This document shows, one piece after another, positions 56,201 through 64,000 of a stretch of DNA of 64,000 nucleotides. This stretch comes from an uncultured Verrucomicrobiae bacterium (lineage in GTDB: Bacteria > Verrucomicrobiota > Verrucomicrobiia > Limisphaerales > JAFGQR01), in the NCBI GenBank assembly GCA_963788655.1, contig CAWBHS010000049.1, positions 160,001-224,000 on the forward strand, in the 5' to 3' direction. The position numbers and the translations under genes were made by a program. How positions within the stretch are numbered: position 1 is the stretch's first letter; each line of letters opens with the position of its first letter. The notes beneath the pieces are model-generated. The model was not told the origin of the DNA and made no database searches. It worked only from the letters and a program-made list of their open reading frames with translations.

Positions 56201-59200
56201 TCCGGTTCCGGCAGCAACCGCACCGTGCGCGTCACTCCCGCCGCCAATCAATTTGGCACGGTCAACATCACCCTAAGCGTCACCGACGGCGAAGGGGCCA
56301 AGACCGACGCGCCGTTCGCGGTTACCGTTTTCCCGGTCAACGATGCGCCAACGCTGAACGCTCTGGTGAATCTGACCATCGACGAAGACGCACCCCAACA
56401 GACCGTCAACTTGGCGGGCATCACCAGTGGCGCCGCCAACGAGGCCCAAACCCTGGTCGTCATCGCCAATTCTAGCAATCCCGCTTTGATCCCCACGCCC
56501 GCGGTGGTTTACACCAGTCCCAATAGCACTGGTTCCCTGCGCTTTACCCCGGCAGCCAATGCCAACGGAACCGCCACGATTACCGTCACCGTCAACGACG
56601 GCGGCACGAGTAACAACCTTGTGACGCGAACGTTCGACGTGACCGTCAATTCCGTCAACGACCTGCCCACCGTCACCAGCATCGCCAATCAGCAAACGTT
56701 GGAAGACACCCCCACCGCTGATCTTCCCTTCACGATTGGCGATGTGGAAACGGCGGCGGCCAACTTGACGGTGACGGCCACTTCGTCGAACACCAGCTTG
56801 ATCCCGCCAAGCGGCATTGTCTTGGGCGGCTCCGGCAGCGCGCACACCGTGAAGTTGATCCCGGCCGCCAATCAATTCGGCACCGCCCAGATCACTATCG
56901 AGGTGACCGATGCGCAAAACGGCAAGAGCAGTACGACGATCCAATTGACCGTCGTGCCCGTAAATGACCCGCCGACGCTGACGGCACCGAGCAACTTCAC
57001 GATTCAGGAGGACGCCGGAGAACAAAGTGTCACCCTGACCGGATTGACCCCCGGGCCGGCCAATGAAACCGGCCCGCTAATCGTAACGGCAACGAACAGC
57101 AACAGCGCGTTACTGACCGGCCTGACGGTGGATTACGCCAATCCCGCCACCAGCGGCACCTTGCATTTCCAAACGGTGACCAACGCGAACGGCACCGCCA
57201 CAATTACCGTTACGGTCAACGACAGTGGCGCCAGCAACAACCTTGTGACGCGCACGTTCACGGTAACCGTAACGCCGGTCAATGACCTGCCCACGATCTC
57301 CAGCCTGGCCGACCAGAGCACGGATGAAGACGTGCCGACACCGGCGATGGCCTTTACCATCGGCGACATCGAAACGGCTGCGAGCGCGCTGACCGTGACC
57401 GGCAGTTCTTCCAACCCCGTCTTGGTTCCCAACAGCGCTATTGTGCTCGGTGGCACCGGTGCCAACCGGACCGTCACCATCCGGCCAGCCACCAACCAAT
57501 TCGGCACGGCAACTATTACTCTGCGCGTGGAAGACGATGAAGGCGACATCGCCACCATGGACTTCGAATTGACTGTTAATTCGGTGAACGACGCACCCGT
57601 AATCACTGCCCCGGCCGATTTGATCATCGCCGAAGACGGCGCGACCTCCCTGCTGCCCGTTACCGTTGGCGACGTGGAAACGTCCGCCGCCAACCTGAAC
57701 GTCAGTGCAGTCTCTTCCAATCCCACCCTGGTGTCCGCTGGCGGCATCGCGTTGTCCGGCTCTGGCGGCAACCGCACCGTCCGGGTCACGCCGGCGGCCA
57801 ACCAATTCGGTACCGCCAATATCACCTTGACCGTCACCGACGGCGATGGCGCCAAGACTGACGCCGCGTTTGCTCTCACGGTTTTCCCGGTCAATGATGT
57901 GCCGACGCTGAACGCTCTGGGGAATCTAATCATCGACGAAGACGCTCCTCAACAGACCGTCAACTTGGCGGTCATCACCAGCGGCGCCGCCAACGAAACT
58001 CAAACCCTGGTCGTGTCCGCCAATTCCAGCAATCCCGCTTTGATCCCCACGCCCGCGGTGGTTTACACCAGTCCCAATAGCACTGGTTCCCTGCGCTTTA
58101 CCCCGCAAGCCAATGCCAACGGAACCGCCACGATTACCGTCACCGTCAATGACGGCGGCACGAGCAACAATATTGTGACGCGAACCTTCGACGTGACTGT
58201 CAACGCGATTAACGATCTGCCCACCATCACTGGCATCGGCAATCAGCAGACGCTGGAAGACACCCCCACCGCCGATCTTCCCTTCACGATTGGCGATGTG
58301 GAAACGGCGGCGGCCAACTTGACGGTGACGGCCACTTCGTCGAACACCAGCTTGATTCCCCAAAGTGGCATTGTCCTGAGCGGCTCCGGTAGCGCGCGCA
58401 CCGTGAAGTTGATCCCGGCCGCCAATCAATTCGGCACCGCCCAGATCACTCTCGAGGTGACCGATGCGCAAAACGGCAAGAGCAGTACGACGGTCCAATT
58501 GACCGTTGTGCCGGTAAACGACCCGCCGACGCTGACAGCTCCCAGCGACCTGACCATCCTGGAAGACGCCGGTCCGCAATCAGTCGCGTTGACTGGTCTG
58601 ACCGTTGGGCCTTCCAATGAAGCCGGCCCGCTAATCGTGACGGCAACCAACAGTAACAGTGCAGTACTGACCGGCCTGACGGTGGATTACTCCAATCCCG
58701 CCACCAGCGGCACCTTGCATTTCCAAACGGTGACCAATGCGAACGGCACCGCCACCATCACCGTCCTCGTCAATGACAGCGGTGCCAGCAACAACATGGT
58801 AACCCGCAGCTTCACGGTAACCGTAACGCCGGTCAACGATCTGCCGACAATCACGGCCATCGCCGACCAGACCACTGACGAAGATGTGTCAACCCCGGCG
58901 TTGGCCTTCACGATCGGTGACGTGGAAACCGCGGCCGGCGCCCTGACGGTTACCGGCAGTTCCTCCAATCCCGACTTGGTGCCGCCCGCCGGCATCGTGC
59001 TCGGCGGCACCAGTGCCAGCCGGACTGTTGTCATTCGCCCGGCGACCAACCAATTCGGCACCACCACAATCACTCTGCGTGTGGAAGACGGCGACAGCGG
59101 CAGCGTTACCACAGACTTCGAACTGACCGTCAATGCCGTCAACGACGCCCCAACGATCACCCAACTGCCCGACCAGGCGACCGACGAAGACAGCCCGAAA

Positions 59201-62200
59201 GCTGTGCCCTTTGCGGTGACCGATGCGGAAACGCCCCTGAACTCGCTGGTGCTTCAAGCGACGTTGTCCGACCAGACTTTGGTGCCCAACGCGAACCTGA
59301 CGTTCAACGGTACCGGTGCCAACCGCATCTTGACCATCACCCCAACCGCCAATCGTCACGGCACCACGACGATCCACTGGCCGTGACAGACGGGGATCAA
59401 GCCACGGCGGACACCACCTTCGTTTTGACCGTCCGGCCGGTTAATGATCCGCCCACTTTGAATGCCATTGCCGACGTGACCATTGACGAAGATTCCGCCA
59501 CGCAGACCGTCAGCTTTTCCGGCGTCGGTTCGGGCGCGCCGGATGAAGTCCAATCCCTGGTGGTCACCGCCACCACGTCCACCCCGGCGTTGGTAAGCGA
59601 TCTGACGGTCACCTATGCCAGTCCGGCGGCCACCGGCATGTTGAGTTTTGTGCCCGTAGCGAATGCCAATGGTCCGGCTTCCATCACGGTTACGGTCAAT
59701 GATGGTGGCGCGACGAACAACACCTTCAGCCGCACGTTTACCGTCCACATCAACTCAATCAATGACCTGCCTTCCATCGCGGACATCGCGGATGTCCAGA
59801 CCACCGAAGACGTGCCGGCCGGGCCGATTCCGCTCACCGTCGCCGATCTGGAAACGCCGCTCGCCAGCCTGGTCGTGACCGGCAGTTCGTCGAATCCCAG
59901 CCTGGTCAACAGCGGCAGTTTCTCGTTTGACCTCAGCGGCGCGAATCCGACCGTCACCATCACCCCGCTGGCCAACCAAAGCGGCCAAACTACTCTGACG
60001 ATCATGGTCACCGACGGCGACAACGCCTCCGCCAGCACCAGTTTTGAACTGACTGTTTTGCCCGCCAACGATGCGCCGACTATCTCGAACATCGCCGACC
60101 AGACCATCCCGGAGGATACCTCGTCGCCGGCCATCGCCTTCACCCTATCCGATCCGGAATCGCCGGCGACGGACTTGGTGGTGTTTGCCAGTTCCGCTGA
60201 TCCGTCGATCCTCCCACCGTCGGGCCTGACCCTGGGCGGCAGCGGTGCCAACCGCACCATCATCCTCACTCCGCTCTCCAATCGCACCGGTGCCGTAACG
60301 GTCACCATTACCGCTGTCGATCCGCAAGGCGCCTGGAGCAGCCGCAGCTTTGGTGTCAATGTGACCGACGTCAATGATGCGCCGGTGATCTCCAGTCTGC
60401 CGGCCCAGACGATTCTCGAAGATACCGCCACCGGGCCATTGAGTGTGGTGGTGGGCGATCTGGAAACCAGCGCCAATGCGCTAGTGGTTACCGGCGCCTC
60501 CTCCAATCCGTCGTTGGTGCCGAACGGCAACATCGTGATCGGCGGCACGGGCCCGAACCGCACCGTGGTGGTCACTCCCGCCGCCAACCAATTCGGCAAT
60601 GCGACCATCACGCTGACCGTCGCCGATGGTCAAAACGGCACCGCCACCAGCCAATTCGTGCTGACCGTGGCCCCGGTCAATGACCTGCCCACGCTTAATC
60701 CGCTCGTGGACATGGCGCTGAATGCCAATGTGGGTCCGCAAACGGTGCTGCTTTCGGGCATCAGCTCCGGCGCGCCGAATGAATCCCAAACCCTGTCCGT
60801 CACCGCGACGTCCAGCAATCCCGGCGTTATCCCGCAACCGACGGTGAATTACACCTCGCCGAACACCGGCGGCAATCTGCAATTCACCCCCGTCCACAAT
60901 GCGGCCGGTTCGGCAACCGTCACTGTGACCGTGAGCGATGGAACCGGCGCCGGCAGCACTGCGTCGCGCACCTTTACCGTCACGGTGTCAGCGCTCAGTG
61001 GCCCACCGACGATTGCGGACATTCCCGATCAAACGACTGACGAAGACACTCCGCTTGCCGTTCCCTTGCTGGTCAATGATTCCGAAACCGATCCCATGAA
61101 CCTCGAAGTGGTCGCGTTTTCTGGAAACACCACCCTGATTCCCAACGACCACATCAGCGTTCACGGCGCGAGCACCAATCGAGTTCTCGTGCTGGAACCG
61201 GCGGCCAATTTGTCCGGCAGCAGCATCATTACGGTGATCGTCAGCGACGGTTCGGAATCCGCCATTCAGACGTTCAATCTCACCGTGCGGCCGGTGAACG
61301 ATCCGCCCACGATCAACCCGATGAATGACGTCGTGCGCACTTCCGGTTTCGGGCTGTTTAGCGTCGGTTTCATCGGGGTCGGTTCCGGTGCCGCCAATGA
61401 ATCGCAGACCACTTCCGTGACGGTTGTCTCCAGCGATCCGAGTCTGGTGCAGGTAAACACGGTCAACTATACCCCCGGCGGCAGCAGCGGTAGTGTCCGG
61501 TTGACCGGCGGGACGAAGTCAACGGGCACCGCGGATATTTCCATCACCGTGGACGATGGCGCTACCGCCAACAACACGACCGTGCGCACCTTTACCATTT
61601 ACGTCATGCCCGCCGCGAATTCGCTTCCGTCCCTCAGCGGGCTGTCCAGCCAAACCATCAACGAGGATACCTCCACCGGCCCAATTCCCTTCACCATCAG
61701 CGACGCGCAGACGCCGGCCGATCAATTAATCCTTTCCGCCGAGTCGCTGGATCCGACGCTCGTGCCGGACGCCAACATCTTCTTCGGCGGCAGCGGGGCC
61801 AACCGCACCGTCACCATTACCCCGGCCCCCAACGAATCGGGCACCGTCACGATCAAGATCAAACTGCGCGATCCGGATAACGGCTACCGGTACTACAGCC
61901 CGGTCGTGCAGGTGAATGCGGTGAATGACCCGCCGTTCATTGCCGCCATCGCCGATCAATTCACGACGCGCGACACCCCCACCGGCCCGATCACCATTGC
62001 CATCGGGGATCTGGAAACGCCGGCAACGGATCTGTCCGTACAAGCCACCTCCTCCAACCCCACGCTGGTGCCCAACGCCAACATTACCTGGGGCGGCAGC
62101 GGCACCAACCGGGCGTTGAAGATCACCCCCGCGTCCGGCCAGATCGGGACGACGACCATCACCGTCACGGTGGGCGATACCGAGTTGAACGCCACCCGGA

Positions 62201-63690
62201 ATTTCAAGCTCACCGTGCAGCCGTCCAGCGCGCTGCCCACCATCTCCGACCTTGGCGACCAAACCACTTACGAAGCCACAGCCACGCCTCCGATTGGGTT
62301 CAGTGTCAGCGATGCGGAAACGCCGGCCGCCGATTTGACGGTGTCCGCCACCTCCTCCGATTCCAATCTGGTGCCACCCGGCGGCTTTGTCTTCGGCGGT
62401 AGCGGGACTTCCCGCACGCTCACCATTACTCCGGCCGCGGGTCAGACCGGCGCCGCCACGATCACGGTAACGGTGCATGACGGCAATGGCGGCACCGCCA
62501 GTGACAGCTTCTTGCTGACGGTCCAACGGGTGAATGTGCCGCCGACCTTGAACCCCGTAGCCGAGCTCGCACTGCGTGAAAATGCCGGGAGCCAAACAAT
62601 TACCCTGAGTGGCGTCGGTCCCGGCGCGGGCGACCAGAATCAAACGGTGTTCATCGTGGCCAGTTCGAGCAATTTCGCCCTCGTGCCCAATCCAGTCGTG
62701 GAATACACGAGCCCGAACGCCACCGCCACCCTCCGGCTCACGCCGGCACCGTATGCGACTGGCACCGCGCAGATCACGGTCACGGTCAATGATGGCCAAC
62801 CGCAGAACAATATCACCACGCGCGTCTTCACGGTGACGGTGATTGCCGCGCCGACCATTACGGTCAATCCGGTGCAAGTAACCGAGGAAGATACAGTGGC
62901 TTCAGCGATTCCATTCGTGGTCAGCGATCCGGTGACGCCCGCGGCCAATCTGACCGTGGCGGCTTCCTCCTCCAATCCCGCTCTGGTGCCCAGTGGGAAC
63001 ATCGTTCTCGGCGGCTCCGGCGCCAATCGCACGATCACCTTGACTCCGCTGGCCAACCAGTATGGCAACACCCGCATCAGCCTCGTGGTTACTGCGGCGG
63101 GCAACGTCCGGGCCACGAACAGTTTCTGGTTGTTGGTCGCGCCGGTGGACGACCTGCCCACGCTCGATCCGTTGGTGGATATTACTGATTACTTGAATGC
63201 GGCCGACATCGTGGTGAACCTCACCGGCGTCGGACCAGGCCCCGGCGACCCCATCCAAACGTTGCGGGTCACCGCCACGTCGGACAATCCGGTGTTCATT
63301 TCGAACCCAGTGGTGAATTACGTCAGCCCGAACAGCACCGGCAGTCTGACCCTGGTGGTGCCAGCCGATACGGCCGGTACCGCGAACATCACCGTGACCG
63401 TCGATGACGGTGAGTTGGTTAGCCACGCGTTTTCGCGGACTTTCACGGTAACCATTGAAAACTTCGTGGCCCCGCCGGAGTTGCGCATCGAACCCCTCGG
63501 GCAGACGGTGAAGCTTTCCTGGCCGTATCCCTCCAGCGGCTACGAATTGGAGCACGTTGTCGGCACGGACAATCCCTGGAACTGGATGCCGATGCCAGGC
63601 ACGCCTGAGGACGATGGCGACCGGAAGTTTCTAATCGTGCCGGCCACCGAACCAATGGAATTGTATCGGCTGTCCCGGCCCGCCCGCTGA
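50286..63690 (+). CDS. Giant secreted adhesin-like protein 2 (~4,470 aa after repair): N-terminal globular head, 2 DUF11, long cadherin-like repeat stalk, C-terminal LYR domain
   Basis: Three ORFs join mid-domain at ~52117 and ~59375; signal peptide; VNDxPT/EDT repeats; ends ELYRLSRPAR. Confidence 0.88.
56030..59137 (+). repeat. In-frame tandem duplication of a 1554-bp (518-aa, five-domain) block
   Basis: Long identical nucleotide runs at 1554-bp offset, e.g. 56480 vs 58034. Confidence 0.85.
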
Positions 63691-64000
63691 GCTAATATCA
63701 GTTCAAGTGCGTCAGGATGGGATTACGGCGCCGCCCAGGCTTGCTGCTGAGTCCTTTGGGATAAGCAATCCGATGGGAACATCGATCCAGTTCCATTTCG
63801 CATCACCCGAATCCAGGCATCTCATCGGTTCCGAAGGGCCACAGTGCGTTCAATGGTTCGCGCAACACTCGATTGCAAGTGGAACGTTGGGAATTGGTTG
63901 GTTCGGGGCCGGCAGGATGTGCGGTCGGATCGCTCACGCAAAGTGCAGTTGCGTGATGGTTTCGTCGGGGTTCCAGCCGCGGGGGGGCTTGCTGTTGACC

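Noticed and set aside
31770..59385. Programmed frameshifting or phase variation at the seven ORF junctions
   Set aside because: No slippery heptamers or long tracts; mixed +1/-1; the same kind of indel occurs in purA and as a compensating pair. Sequencing error is simpler.
63691..64000. Possible 3' end of a minus-strand gene
   Set aside because: Too short, with no recognisable motif.

Overview
GC-rich bacterial window, probably Verrucomicrobiota (inferred from gene and repeat style, not proven). 1-27 kb: 5' part of purA; a four-gene operon (TonB-dependent receptor, secreted Ig/P-domain/CHRD protein, YfiR-family protein, CHASE8-like/HAMP hybrid kinase); two sugar-metabolism genes separated by a small toxin-antitoxin/Uma2-remnant islet; SpoIIAA-like protein, ClC transporter, dinB, alpha/beta hydrolase, Tat oxidoreductase, TPR protein, CCA-adding enzyme and dienelactone hydrolase; REP-like and heptamer repeats in the spacers. 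27.3-63.7 kb: two tandem giant secreted repeat-protein genes, ~7,570 and ~4,470 aa once single-base indels are repaired. The indels look like sequencing errors, since purA has one too. Most notable: (i) a ~70-aa C-terminal domain ending in (F/L)YR on three unrelated secreted proteins, a candidate sorting signal; (ii) a circularly permuted copy of it nested inside a repeat of giant 2; (iii) the receptor-YfiR-kinase operon carrying an extracellular partner with adhesin-like domains; (iv) structured 5' leaders on both giant genes and a terminator in the purA leader.
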